The notes beneath the pieces are model-generated. The model made no database searches. It was given only the letters and a program-made list of their open reading frames with translations, and was not told the DNA's origin. Shown here piece by piece: positions 13,701 to 28,700 of a stretch of DNA of 64,000 nt; the stretch's first letter is position 1, and each line of letters opens with the position of its first letter. The translations under genes and the position numbers were made by a program. Source of the stretch: Schmidtea polychroa (Eukaryota); contig CM097885.1 of NCBI GenBank assembly GCA_044892525.1, positions 114,886,001 to 114,950,000 of the forward strand, written 5' to 3'.

Positions 13701-16700
13701 TAAATTTTTATTTGAAGCTTCGTTAATAAAATCATTGGGTCCGAAATTTAATGTGCTAAATGCAGTTAACACTCGTGTTTTGAATGTTTTTAAATAGTTT
13801 GGGTTTTAAGTTGTAAGTATGTGAATCAGGCCCGTACCGTCGGGGGGGCCAGGAGGGCCCGGCCCCCCCAAACGCAAGTCTGGCCCCCCCCAAATAAAAA
13901 TACGGACATGAATAAAAAATTAATTTCAATATGCAGTCTTCTGCTTTTTCTGTAGAAAATTTTCATTGCCCGGCTCTGCTGGCGAAAGTGCTTTCAGAAC
14001 AGGAGGATTCCGAAATTGGAAATCGGCTTTAGAAAAAGGAAAAGCTTTTCAAAAGCATGAATCTTCTGTTGGCCACATCCATGCCATGGAACGCTGGAAA
14101 GAGAAACAGCTGAGATGTGAAAAAGGTGAGGAAGTTTGCACTTTGATTAATAAAACACAGCTGAAGAACAACCGTTATTATGTCAACGAAATCGTTGACG
14201 TTGTAAAGTTTCTTGTGACAAATGAATTAGCCTTTCGTGGTGACAGTTTCAGTAGAGATGATATTGATGAGGATGATAAGCTTCCGTGTGGTCTATTTTT
14301 ACGTCTCTTCGAATACACTGTTAAGAAAAATCCTGAGCTGGCTCGAATCATTATTTTACTCTGAAGGTGGATGGTACCAAAGATCGAACAGGGACTGAGA
14401 ATGTGTCGATTGCCATAAGGTTTGTCTCATCAGGACAACCTCAGGAGCACTTAATCTGCATTTCCCGAACAATTGCTCTCAATGCAGAGGCCTTCACAGA
14501 TGTAATTTTGACAACCTTGAAAGAGGCTCAGTTGGATCCTAAAAATATAATTTCCCAATGCTATGATGGAGCCGCTGTTATGTCTGGACAGCATGGTGGG
14601 GTGCAGGCCTTGCTTCAGGAGCGTCTACAAAAAGAAATTCCGTATGTCCATTGCTTCAACCACAAGTTGCATTTGGTTGTTGTGTGTGCCGTTTCTGAGT
14701 GCTAAAAACTGCGGGACTTCTTCGACATATGCAGAAACTTATACACATTTTTGTCATATCCTAAGGTTGCGGCCATATATCAAGGCGATAAATTGACACG
14801 GCTCATGGAACATCGTTGGACAGGACACTTGCAGACGACTCAGGCAATAACAACTAATTATGATACAATTGTGAATTTGCTTGAGATGTGTTCTAGTAGA
14901 CATTCTCACTTTTCAATTGATATTCAATTGGAAGCTACTGGACTCTTGCATCGAGTCAATGAAGTGGAGTTTCAGTTCATTGCACACATGGTGCTCTCAT
15001 TGCTGACTATCCTTGAAACAGCCAACAATAGCTTGCAGGGTCAAGCAATGGACCTTTCTTCAGTGCAAAGTGTGAGTAGTGACTAGTCTGTTTTCATAAA
15101 ATACTTAGTTTACACGAGAATTACTGGCCCCCCCCAAACGCAAGTCTGGCCCCCCGTCAAAAGGTGTCACGGTACGGGGCTGATGTGAATGTATTAAATT
15201 ATTAAGTTAAATAATTTTTAAATTAAATATTTATTATATTTATTATATATTATATATATAAATTGAAAGAAGTTCTTATATTTAAATTAAAATTTAAAAA
15301 ATATTTTTGGAATAAAAATTTAAATCCTATCAAACGATCATAGGAAAACTGTCAAAATATATTTTAATGTTCGAGTGACGCTTTCTTATTATTATAATTT
15401 TTATTTTACCTTGCTTATATCTCTCAAATTGAACAAATAATGTATTTTCGTAGGCGTCGGCAAAAATTTTATTACAACTCCATTATACATTTCAATGGTG
15501 GCTTGAGTTATAATGTCCCCAATAGGTTTTAATTCTTCTTCAAAATCTTGAAGTTTCTGATTGATCATACTACCAAATATTCGTTTTAAGTTCGATTCCT
15601 GAAGGAAGTTGAAAATTTTAAGGTTTATAAAATCAATTTTACTGTTGGAAAAGTCATATTAATCAAATTAAACCGAGATTGCAAACGATTTGAAATCATC
15701 ATTCTACCTCCTCCAGGTGGGCCCATGGCAACAAATAAATACATATCTTTAATTCGTTTTTGTGTTTGCTTCAATCGGTCATACCAAAATCCATAATCGA
15801 TCCATTGCCGGATCAATTCCAAAGGTGGCTGAGAACCGAATGTATCTTTAGCTGGCATATTGAAATCGTCCATGAAAGTCAGCATTCTTTTGCCTCCAAC
15901 TGGTACAAATGTGTCTTTTGTTCGTTTTTCAACTCTCGCCTCGATGATATCTTGAACGTTATTTGATGATGTCTAAATTAAATGTTAAATAAAGTTAATA
16001 TCACTAAAAAGTACAAATAAATTAATGTTTAAGATACCAATTAATGAAAATATTGTAAATTTATGTTGTAATATACGATTTAAGCATGTGATTGACATGT
16101 TGACATATTTATAATATTGAATCTGTAAGGATAGCCTACACAAGTGTTTTCCATCCTTTATAAAAATAAAAATAAATTAAAGCAAAAAATAAAAACGACC
16201 AATGAAATTGATTGAAATTTGAAATTAAAATTATTAGAAGCTGCTAACACATCTTCTAAATTATTTTTTAAATCCGGTTCAAAAGTTAACGTCATAATTC
16301 CAAGTATTTATTTAATGAAATATTGTATAATTTCAAAACAAATTGTCAGCGTTGAATAAAATATTTCAAAAACCATTTATTAAAATTTCGATATTTAAAA
16401 TATATTTATTTAAAAATGATTTACTAATAAAAGTTTGTTTAATTTTTTAACCCAACACTATATAATACGATGTCTCAGCAGAACATTCTATAGAGCATTT
16501 TATAACTCAAAAATCGTTTTTCAAAAGTTTCAAACGACTAATTTTTAAATTTTTAACAAAATTTATTTATTTAAAAATGATTTACTAATAAAAGTTTGTT
16601 TAATTTTTTAACCCAACACTATATAATACGATGTCTCAGCAGAACATTCTATAGAGCATTTTATAACTCAAAAATCGTTTTTCAAAAGTTTCAAACGACT

Positions 16701-19700
16701 AATTTTTAAATTTTTAACAAAATTTTTAAATCTTCAAATCGTTTTTCAACCTAAATTTTCTACTAATAGTTTAGAAAAATTTTCGGCTAAGTTTTAATCT
16801 ATAATCTTTGGACAGTATTAACCTTTTGGAACATTTATTTTTACGACGACTAATATTAGTTGATTTTTATGCTATTTCATGCTATCGCAAATTTATGTAT
16901 TGGTTATGTCACTAATTTTTAGTATAATTAAAATTTAGAAATCAATTTATTCGTTCACCCTTTTTAGCAAGTAAAACGAATTCAAGAGTTGGTTTGATAA
17001 GCAAAAAGAAAGTGCTACTACAAACTACATGGAATTTATTTGTTTGAAAGGAGCCGTTTTTCAAAATAAGAAACTTTAAAATTATATTAGACTTAGATGT
17101 GAAATGATTTTTTTTCGTGCTCTGATTACTTTAACGTTAATTACTCCTCCACTATAGAATTGTTTTAGCATTTATTTATTCTACAGGTTTGAAGAGGAAA
17201 AATCTTCTAACTGTTTGCTTTAATTAGTTTTATTAAATTATTTTCAAAGTTTCTTATGTTATATAAACCACCGAATGATTTTTCCATTAAATGTGGCTTG
17301 TATTTGTAGAAAAGAGTACAGTATACTTCTTGTGGAGTTTATGACTACACCATTGATTATTAATGATATAACACTTAAAGAAGGACCGTGAACAATATTA
17401 GTAGAACAAATAGAGTCGGGTAATGTGATATAAGTGCTTTTACAACTTAGTTATTTATAAACAAATTAAAATTAATGTCTTTCAATTAATAATTTACAAA
17501 AATTTATAATTTTTCTCCAATCAAGTTTTTAAAAATCCATTTTACAAGATCATAAAACTTTCTATGAATTTCTATGAATTTCTAAGAAAATTTTCACAAA
17601 ATTAAAGCTCGATAAATATTTCCAATATTAAATTAAGCCACAACAGTGTGGCATAGTAAATAAATTAACGTGTTTATTATTCGGGTATATATTTGAATAC
17701 ATGCCATAAATAACGCTGTCTTTTAGAAGAGAGGTATTCTGCGTGGAAAATCAAAATGCTGAACAGGCCAAATCACCAACTGTACAAAGTTCAACATTAC
17801 TTTTACACTGTAAAAAATTTACAGTGATACAAAATTGGTGACTCAACATTCGTAGTTGTCATTTGTTTTTATTTTAGAAATTCGAATTACATTTAAATAG
17901 TAAAAATTTTGAATTTAGAAACGTTTGTGTACGTTTGCATGCATGAAGCACAATTTTCGGCATTTAGGAGATTCAAATTAGAAATTAAATTCGTTATTAA
18001 CAATATCTATCAATTTTAAAATTATAACAATGAGAAATTAGATATTAATTATTTTATTGTTATTTAATCAAGGTATACCTGTGCTGACATATTTATTGTG
18101 AGAATAGTCCAAACATCGTTATTCAATTGATTTAATGTATTTACAGCAACAGAGGTTTTACCAGTTCCAACTGGTCCAACAAGCATAACTGGGTGAAAAT
18201 TGCAAACCAAATTTTGTACTAAATAATTATATCTAACTGTGTCCACAGTTGGTACTATAATCTTGTAAAATGGAACACTGAAAGTTAAATTAAGTTTATT
18301 ATTATATCTATAAATATAATTAATATTTCAAAATAACCTTGCATTATATTTCCATCCAGTCTTCAGCTTTTCATCCCAATGACCCCAACTTTTGTTTTTA
18401 TTATCAACGAAATATTCATAAATCGTGTCCTTATTAGGAAAGGTTCCTTCCATTTCTCTAATGTAATTGTCAATTTTTTTTCTACCATCTTCATCGACAG
18501 AACAACAAATAGACCATATCATACAAAATTGAAACCACAACTCAATGACTCGTGAATAATTGTCAGTATCAGATGGATCACACTATATAAATATTATCAA
18601 ATTAATATCTACTTTAATAAATAAATTGATAATTATTTTGAATAGACATTTTTTAAATAATTTTGATGCTTTTTAGACAAAAAATTTCATGAAAAATGAT
18701 TTAAGCAAATTAATTTGGGCAATAATAAAAGTTTATTTAAAATTACAAAACGATTTCATAATTCGTTATTTTAAAAAAATACTTCAACTATTATTATCGA
18801 ATGTTTTTTTTATTTTTTATTTCTCTGGCAGAGTTAGAATCCAATAATACACCAAAACACAATTGATATTTTATAAAATATTAATTTTATAATGATTTTT
18901 AAGTGATTTGAAATTAAATTAAATTGTATTATTTTATGAAAAATTGTTTATTTTATTATTTTTTTCAATAAAAGTATGGAAAATTTTGGAAAAAAATTTT
19001 TCAATCGTTAAATATTTTGTTTATTTTCCAAATGGGGTTATTATTTTGGACAAAAATTTATATGCAATTTTATAAATTAGCAAAATTTTAAATATAAACT
19101 TACAGATTTTATAACTTTTTTATAAAGAATAGTTTGAAAACAAAAATATCGTCACAAATATTCATAATATTCCTTTAAAATATAAAATTAGGGTGCATTT
19201 TTATTATAGAAATTTTGTTAATATCAATTTAGGTGCTATCAATTGAGCTTTAGTGAAAAAGTGTGATCCAGTGCAATCACATTTTCAATATACAAGTAAG
19301 TTGAGGTGTTTTCTGATAAATTTTTTATAAAAAATGAACAATTAAGCGTAGAAAAAAATTAACCAACCGTTTATGCGAGATAAACGATAGGATTTAATCA
19401 TATTGCTGTTAAACGCTTTAAAATATAGATTCGATTTAACTCGTCAAACACTAAACCACGTAGTTCTAAAAAGTCGAGGAAAGAAAAAAAAACGCGAAAA
19501 AATAGAAAATATTGTGAAGGAACTATTAATAAATAAAAAGATTCATAAAAAATAAATGGTCCAAAATTTTACAAGATATCACCAACTGTAAAGAAATTCA
19601 AAAATAATGATATCATAGAATAAGTTTTTAGCAACCGGCTTACGAAACAATTTTATTCTTGTTTATTAAATGTCTTTTCAGCATCACCCTAAATTTTATA

Positions 19701-22700
19701 TTTACTTATTAGAAAAAAATAGAAGATTTAACGGAATAAATAAAAATTATTTAACCCCGTTTTCAATTGTGGCAAGGCAATCGAATAATTTGCACAGCGA
19801 TATAACGCTATTTATTGGTGAAGTACAAATCAATTCAATGCAATTCAGCCTAATAAAATTTTGAATTTTTTCAATATATTTATCAAACATTCGGCTCAAT
19901 TCTTCCACTAAAACACTGTCAATTTTTCTTTTAAGCCACGATTCTACATAAGGTCTCCATCCTAAATCATTAACATCATTGTAAACCATTCCGCACCGAG
20001 ACACTGTAGCTGGAGATGCTACTGATAGGTCTTCAACTTCAAAAAGCAGCGAAACCTAAATACTTTTAATCAATTCATTTTAATAAAAAAATATACCTGT
20101 TCAGGCATTGATATCCGTTCACCATTAATCAAAGTAAGAATTTTATTATCATCCATGACACTATTCATGCTTTCAATCCATAGTGTGTCTACTGGTCCAT
20201 CAAAAATTATCCATTTTTCATCGGGTCTTGTATCTAAAAATAATATTAAATCACAAAAAAAGTTGAAAAATTATAAATATTGAGGACAATTACATGCTTG
20301 TTTATGACACGGGGTAGTTCTAATGGTGTACAGTAAAATATTATTGAGAAAGCTACTCACTGTTAAACATTCGACAAACTCAAAATAATCCGTACATTAA
20401 ATGGTTAAGGAATTTTATTTAATAAACATTTAAAACCAATAAAAATACCGAAAATTGCATTTGAAAGTCGAGACAACTAAATTCCAAGTAATTGAAAATG
20501 ATTTAACATTTAACTTATGATACTACCAACCATCATTTTAATAATTATAATATAACCTGCACATGTTTTTCTCATTACCGACGACAAAACTCCATCTGTC
20601 CATTCATTTGTATTCAAGTCAAATTCACCATACAATTCACCAAGCGAAACAGATTTAGGATTTAATGGAAACTCTAGAGCTTTTTCGAATTGTGATTCTT
20701 TTTCCTTTGATAATTCTGCTAACGCACTTTGTAACAATCTCCAAGTAGTAGATTTGCCAGATAATGTTTTTCCAACGATCATTACCGAATGCCTGGAGGT
20801 CTTTGTTTCATAAAGCTGCACAACCTTGGTAATTGTGAATTTAGTCGGTTGTAATTGGAAATTGTCGCAACATTTCTCAATTGCTTCTTTCATCTAGAAA
20901 TTTGTCATAAAATAATTTCAAAATTAAATTAAAAATTAAAAATAAATAAAATCATAATAAATTACACTGGTATAATCCATAACAGGAGGATCGATTCCAG
21001 GAAATAAATCGGAAACAATTCCTTTGAACAGTGGCAAATCAACCGATGTCAATTTGGCCAAGTTCATGTCGTTCATTGATAAAAGAAGAATTTCTTCATC
21101 TGGCATTAGAGGATTCGCTCGTTTTTTACGACCTGCATAACGTAAAACGGACACCAAAGCTCTTAGTCCAAAATCATAATGGTCTTGTTTGCTCAGTTGT
21201 TGAATACTCAAACTATAGAGCGTAAATACTTTTTTTGCTAATACCTTAATTTTAATTATCATTAAAAAATAAATTTTAAAAACTTGAAATTCATCATAGA
21301 CCTTGTTAAAATTCATTTAAAATCCGATTGAATTCCATTTTATCAAGTGGAAACCAATATGGAAACCAATAATTACATAATATCTATGATTTAATGAATT
21401 ATATTCCTTTAAATTTGTTGTTGTCAAATTGTGTATATAAACTTTGAAAATTATCGGAATGGTTTAATGATTAAAATTGAAACCCCCTACAAATAATATT
21501 CAATCATCAATGATTTTTCGAAATCAATGTCATTAATGGTTTCCGTATATAGCAAGGGTGGGCACGCATGGGTTCAATAAGAGCCATTTTCCGAAAATTT
21601 ATTTTTTACAGAGCCACCATAGTAAAGTACATATTTTTTTTATTTCATTAATTTGATTAAAGAGACTTAAACGCTATTAAAAAAAACAAAATAATTATTT
21701 CAAACATTAAGTAACAAACATAAAAATCCATTAATAAAAAGTAATAAAATTTCTTGAATTAACGAAGACTTTTGGTCAAATCTTTGAAATTTGGTGTATA
21801 CTTTGTTAAAGCTGTTCGCAGCAATTCTGTAAGATGCTGATTGGTCAACTGTGAACGATATTTCGACTTTACGAACTTCATTGTGGAGTACAAAGATTCA
21901 CAACAATATGTTGTACCAAAATTTGAAATTAGACGGCAAGCAGCTTGTTTTAAGTGTGGATATTTTGCCTCTGGTACGAGTTTCCAAAATTCAACTATAG
22001 AAGTAGATTTATGGTACCAAATTTTTCAAAAAACACGAATAGAAAACTATACTAAAATATACAAACGACCGCAATCTTGTACAAACAAAATAATAACCAA
22101 TCAAAATTCACTAAATTTATTTTTGCTGCTTCTCTCTCGTTGTTATAACAAAGCGCCGCCTACTACAAAATAATTTTAAAAAGCAGTAAAATGTGAAAAA
22201 CAATGTTTCGTTAATTTTTGACATTTATGAAAATACAATTGCAACAAAAAATTGTTTCTCAAAACATTTAGTGAAAAATTTCAAAATAAAAAATCGAATT
22301 CGATTATCAAGAATTCAATTATCAATGAGCCGCAGTTTACTCAACGAAGAGCCGCATGCGGCTCTAGGAGCCGCATTTGCCCACCGTTGGTATATAGTAT
22401 TAAAATTTCGCTTCTAAAAAATCCTTAGACTCGCATAGAAATAATAAAGTCAGTGGAACTAAATTCTTTATTATCAACATAAATTCCATCAACACTGATG
22501 CACCATTTCGAATGATTCTAGTCCCTTCTCCACTTTATCCTTCCAATCATGCTTAGATTCAAATATTTTATCTCTAATTTCTGTTCTTAAAAAAGGTCCA
22601 GATCTTGCACCCAGTGATTTTTGGTTGTTGAATTATCTAAGGAAGGATTTGATTGTCATTTTAGGGTTTTTTTCACACAAATACTCATCGCAAAATCAGT

Positions 22701-25700
22701 GATATGATACATTTCAATTTTTTAAATCACATCCCTAATGGCCATACTTGAATAATGATATCCAACTATATATTGTGGATTTAGAAGAACATTTGTTGCC
22801 ATATGCAATCGCCATATCACGAAATATTTCATCAGGCGACTTCTTTAAAAGCACATAGAAAATGGAATTATAAGTACGTTCGTCACCCAATCAGATTATT
22901 TAATTTATGCATATAAACAAACATATGTGTAGGTGTTAAAACCAATTGGTTTGATTGGTTTATTATGTTTCTTTCTTAGCCAGTCCAAGGCCCTATTGAA
23001 AGAACTGCGTTATTTCTATGCAAGTCTAAGAACTTTTAGCCTTACTGCTTATATTTGAATCTCAGGTTATTTTATTCATTTTATACAAAAAGCAATAATT
23101 TTTTTATAAAATTGTAATTATAAAAATGTAATAAAAATTGTTTAATAATTGCTGCTACTAAGAAATCATCATTTTATAATTATTAGGTTATTATTACATG
23201 TCGATGAAGACTGACAAATGTTTATGAAAATTTATGAAAATAGTAAATGAAATTTAAATTAATTTAACATATTGACTACCAAACATGTTTTATCAGAGTT
23301 CCCACGATAGTATTTTTTACATCATTTTAAATATTTTAGTCAACTTACCTTGTTTTAATCATTCTAAAATGGCTTCACTAAAAATGCTTGGCAGTCAATG
23401 TATTAAATATTATGATAGACCAAAAAAATTTTAATTGGGTGAAAATTAATATATTTTCATTTCTGATAAATTTATGCAATAAATTATACTTTGCATCCAC
23501 TAAAACCTTCGGCAAATAGGGTTATTTCAGCAATCATAGCTGAATCTGGTGTCACCATAGCAATTGGTCTAAACATTGATTTTAAATTATCTGGTAATTC
23601 TGTTCTTCCTGCATAACCCGGGTTCATGGTAATAAAAATTCCAACACTTGGTACCAAATCTATCATTCTGCCTTGAAACATGAATTTAGGTGGTGCATTG
23701 CTTGCCAAAGCCGATAAAATACTTAAAATTTGTTGAGCAACAACTGACAAAACTTCTATATTTATTCTATAAATAGTCGTTCAAAAAACCTTGATTTATA
23801 AGAATTTGCAAACCTATTGAATTCATCAAAACATCCCCAAGCTCCAGTTTGAGCAAGTCCAGAAAACATTCTTCCCATTGATTTATAATCAAGGCCTTCA
23901 GAACAATTGACAACTATGACGTACGCTCCAAGAGATTTTCCTAAATCCTTTACTGTTTCAGTCTTTCCCGTTCCAGCGGGACCTTTAGGTGAACCTCCAC
24001 GATGAAGATGGAGTGCTGTTGTTAAGGTTATGTAACATCTATCTGTTAATGGGGTAATAACTAAACGCCCGGAGTTTCCTAAATATTCGTAGCCATATTG
24101 AAAACTTGTGTTTGTTTGTTTGATTACACAATCGTCGATTTCCTTCAAAAATTGTAATTAAATAATATACAAAAAATAATAATAATTTATGCCTTTTCCC
24201 AATAAAATCTTAACTGACTCAACCATTCAAATGCATTTATATCGCTACATCCACTCTTGTAAAGTTTTTCAATAATATCTCTCTGATGAACTTCAATTAC
24301 AACCAATGAATTAATTTTCAATCTTTGAATTTTGGTCAGATTACTACGAATAGCTTCTGAGAATTTCTCTAATACTAATTTTTGCTTTTTTTTCATTATA
24401 CGTAAGGGCTTTTTATCATTTCGTTGAGCCACCTAAAATGCTTTATATTAAGTGTAATAAAAATTACAGATCTTACGTTTTGTAAAGCTTTTGTGACATC
24501 TGCCGTCCATTGTATTTGACTCGAAGTAATACACAATTGTCCTGACCATTCTTTGATCCACTTATCACGTTTAGATGCAGCTTTTTTAAGTGCGATTCTA
24601 CAATCACGAAGCAAGTCTCGTAAAGTAACTCGCATACATTTTTCCAAGTCACATAGCCAAGCTTCAACAGGTCCTTCAAGTCTTAATTTTTGCTTAAATA
24701 AAACCTCTTCTCCGTCACTGGAAAACATGGAACTCGCTTCGAAACCTTGCGACATTAGCTTAAAAGAATAAATTTAAAAAAAAAGAAAATAAAAAAGAAA
24801 AAAAGAAAACTGAGTCAACAAACATAAAATTTAACGAATACTGAAATGTCAAAATACTTTAACTGCTCTTATTCGTTCATCTTCTTCCACATTCGTTTGC
24901 ACAATTTTTTTTGATTCAGTCGTAAGTCTATCAGATGCTTTTTTAGATGACTTTATTGGCTTAGCAGTTTTGGAAGGATAAACACGGGGTTGTTCAGTAA
25001 CTTTCTTTTATTGTAAATTAAATAAAAATTGTGGTAAAGAATAAGTTTTGAAATATTAGTATTTATTAGTTTATATAGAAAATTTATTAAATAAATAAGT
25101 TAGTTTTTGTAATATTTTAAAAATAACAATGTTCATACAGAATTTCATCAAAATATTTTAGAATTTTTAAAAATTATCTGTTATTGAGTTGTGTCCTTAT
25201 AAATTTCCTTTATTTTCATTATGAACTGTGATTCAATATTTTTATCTACTAAATACGTATTTTTAGCAACGCTTCTTTTAAATCAAATACTTGAAAAGTT
25301 TTACGAGAAATTCATTCTTTTTCATTTTAAAATGAAGAAGCAATGAAACTACAAGTTAGACATTCTACGCTAAAATGTTCAAACTATAAAAAATATGCAC
25401 AACTAATAGTGATACATAGTGAGTTGTTTATCCATTTTTATTTATAACATCATTATCTTTTCTTTATCTTTGATTGAAATAATTAAATCAGACCCATTTT
25501 CAAAAGTGCTTTTAAAATCCATAAATTATAATATTTAACACGTTCCATGTCGTATTAATTTTTATTACTTTTCGTTCAGCCCACGTGTGGCGTATAAACT
25601 TAAGATGACCATTTGTAAGCGTTTATCGCGTATAGTAAGCGTTTTCCATCCACTGTACGCGTATGAAAAGTGTAGGCGAAATGTACGCGTTTTCAAAAAA

Positions 25701-28700
25701 TAAACAAATTTTAAAATAGTTAGCAGACATTTTTTGTTTATGTGTCCTAAAATAAAAATAAATTACAAAACAAATTTAAAAGTGACTTTTCATAAAAAAT
25801 TAAGTAATGGTAATTAAGTAATATGACGTTATTCTGTTTTTTGAGTAATTTTTATGAAAATTTAAGATAAAAAAGTACATTAATAAATAATATTTTTTGT
25901 TGCAGATAAAATGAGTGAGCAATTTAAAGAGAGACGATTAACGACATTTAATGAAAAATTGAAGACGGAATTTCTCTTCATCTTACAAGCTCGAGTTACG
26001 GACAATGTGAAAAATTGATGGCAATTCAAGTTTGCATTCCACACAATTAAACATAATCACAGTTTCCGCAGTGCTGATTAATCAAAAAGTTTTATAGCCA
26101 AATATTTAGTTGTGCTAGAAGCAAATGTTTTAAAAAACTACTGCGATGATAATTTTGAAAATAATTTGTCAAAAGCCTAGTTAGATACCAAAGAGGGAGT
26201 CAAAGTTCAATTATTAAATATGGAATCAATTACAAGTGAAACGTCAGAGTACTTGTCCGAATATTTGCTTTTTCTATTGGCTATTTCTGCAGACAACACA
26301 GAAACATTATTGGAGTCGGCTGCAACGCACACATTTTATCTAATGCAATTAATACTGCTTCATCAAGTTTGTCAATTGATGTCGAAATCATCATTCCTCA
26401 AATTTATCTGTTTTTTCATCGTTTTACTGTAAGAGTGGCTTCATTAGAAAATTTCTGTGAAGAAGCTGGCGTTGAATATCGAAAACTATTAGGATTTTCA
26501 AAGGTACGTTGGTTAGCTTTACTTCCAGCAATTGAAAGAGTTTTGAAATTGTATCAGCCATTAAAATCATACTTTCTCAGTATTGACAAATGTCCAAAAG
26601 TCTTAAATTTGTTTTTTAATGATGAAATTAGTGAAATGTTATTGTTATTTATCCACAGTCAAGCTACAGTTTTTCACAACACTGTTAAAAAATTGAAAAT
26701 GACGATATTTCTGCTGCTGAAGTTGCTATAATTTTAAAAGATTTAAAAGAACAAATTGAAACCAGAAAAGACAAACAGAGGCAGAGCGACACCACGACGT
26801 CGAATGGCTCGAGCAATCGAGTTGGACCACATAAGGCTCAATGTATAAACACTTTTACAGCATTTGCGCTTCAGATTCAATATCACTATAGCTTTCGCAT
26901 TCAAGGCATGTTTAATCGTGTTGCTAACGCCTGTAGTACATGTATTTTTCTGTTTAATTTTATAATTTTTAGTATCATTCAGACAGAAAAACAAAAATAT
27001 TATTTAAAGCTCAAAACAAAAAAGCAACATGGAAAAGAAAAATTAAATGAGGCCTACATTCAAAGCTTATCTTCGACTTCAACTTCATTACAAAATAAAG
27101 TACAAGAAGATATGGAATTAGATGATAATAATTTAACAATTAATGATGATGAAATAATAAAGCTAACACAAACTGCTATAGTATCCAGAATCATTGGAAG
27201 CACGAAAGAACAAGTAGACAAAGAAGAAGAAAATCAGTGAAAATAAAAATGAGATATGCTTGTTTCCGTACGATCCGGGTTTATGGCCTGAAACAAATAT
27301 TAATTGAAAAAGGACCACATCAAATCACAGAGTTCAACTTTCCTGTATACATTTGGGGACCAAAATTTTCTAAGAATTATTAACAAATACAATGGAAAAG
27401 AAATGGAAAGAAATCAGAGGTGAAATTGGAAAAAAAGTTCTTATTATTCTATTAACTGTTTATATTGTAAAACTTTTGATATAAACAAAAAAAACTAGGA
27501 ATATTCTAATTGGCAGAATTTATCATTAATTTTAGGCCGACTTGAGAAAAGCTTATTTTACATCAAAAATATAAAAATATGAATTTCTTTTATTAAATCA
27601 TTAAAACCAAAACTAATGTAGACAATTTTAACCAACGGTTACTAGGATCAGAAAGACAACATTGATACAATGTACTTGAACAAATTATATCCTTAATTAA
27701 GTATTTATTTATTAACATTTAGAGTTTAAACAGATAATTTGTATGAATGATTTGCTGAAATGATTGCAAGTTTTGATGCTGTAATGCGAAAACAAACGAA
27801 TCTAGGGAAAATCTAGGATAAGAAAATTCAAGACGAAATCATTAACATTATTGACACAAACATTAAAAATACAATTTTAGATTTAATCCGAAAAGGCCAA
27901 TATTTCTATAATTTTAGATAGTATACATAAAATGCAAGCCATGTCGGCCAAATAACCATTATTATGTTCTGTTAATTTACAAAAAGATACAATAGAGATT
28001 AAAGAAAATTTTCTAACACTACTGAAGCACACAAAAAGAAGAGTTACTTTTGGAAGAGTTATCAAAATTAGAAAAATTAGAAAAGAAAACATGAGTTTAC
28101 AAAAAAGAATTTTAGACATAAATCTCCACGCCTTTTATATTTCGTGTTCAGTACACAGTTCGAATTACAGTGTCAATATTTCAAGAGAAACGGTACAATT
28201 TTTCTATATAATACAACAAACATGATTTTTTTAATCAAGTTCACAAAGTTGGTTTATATTACAAAAATACTTCAGGGATATTAATTTAAAACCTTTTAGT
28301 CATACCCGATTGTCCAACAAATATGCATTACAATATGATATTAATCAAGCATACGACTCGCTGTACAGAATTTCCAACGACAAATCTAAGGAATTTAAAA
28401 CACGTCTATGACAATTCTTTATTGATTAAGATATCGAATTATAGATGTTTATGTTCTCTTGAAATTTGTTAAAATGTTTAATATGAAATTGATTTTGTTA
28501 GTAAAGTTTTGCAAAGTGCAAATAAAGATATCAGTACATCNNNNNNNNNNNNNNNNNNNNNNNNNNNNNNNNNNNNNNNNNNNNNNNNNNNNNNNNNNNN
28601 NNNNNNNNNNNNNNNNNNNNNNNNNNNNNNNNNNNNNNNNNNNNNNNNNNNNNNNNNNNNNNNNNNNNNNNNNNNNNNNNNNNNNNNNNNNNNNNNNNNN

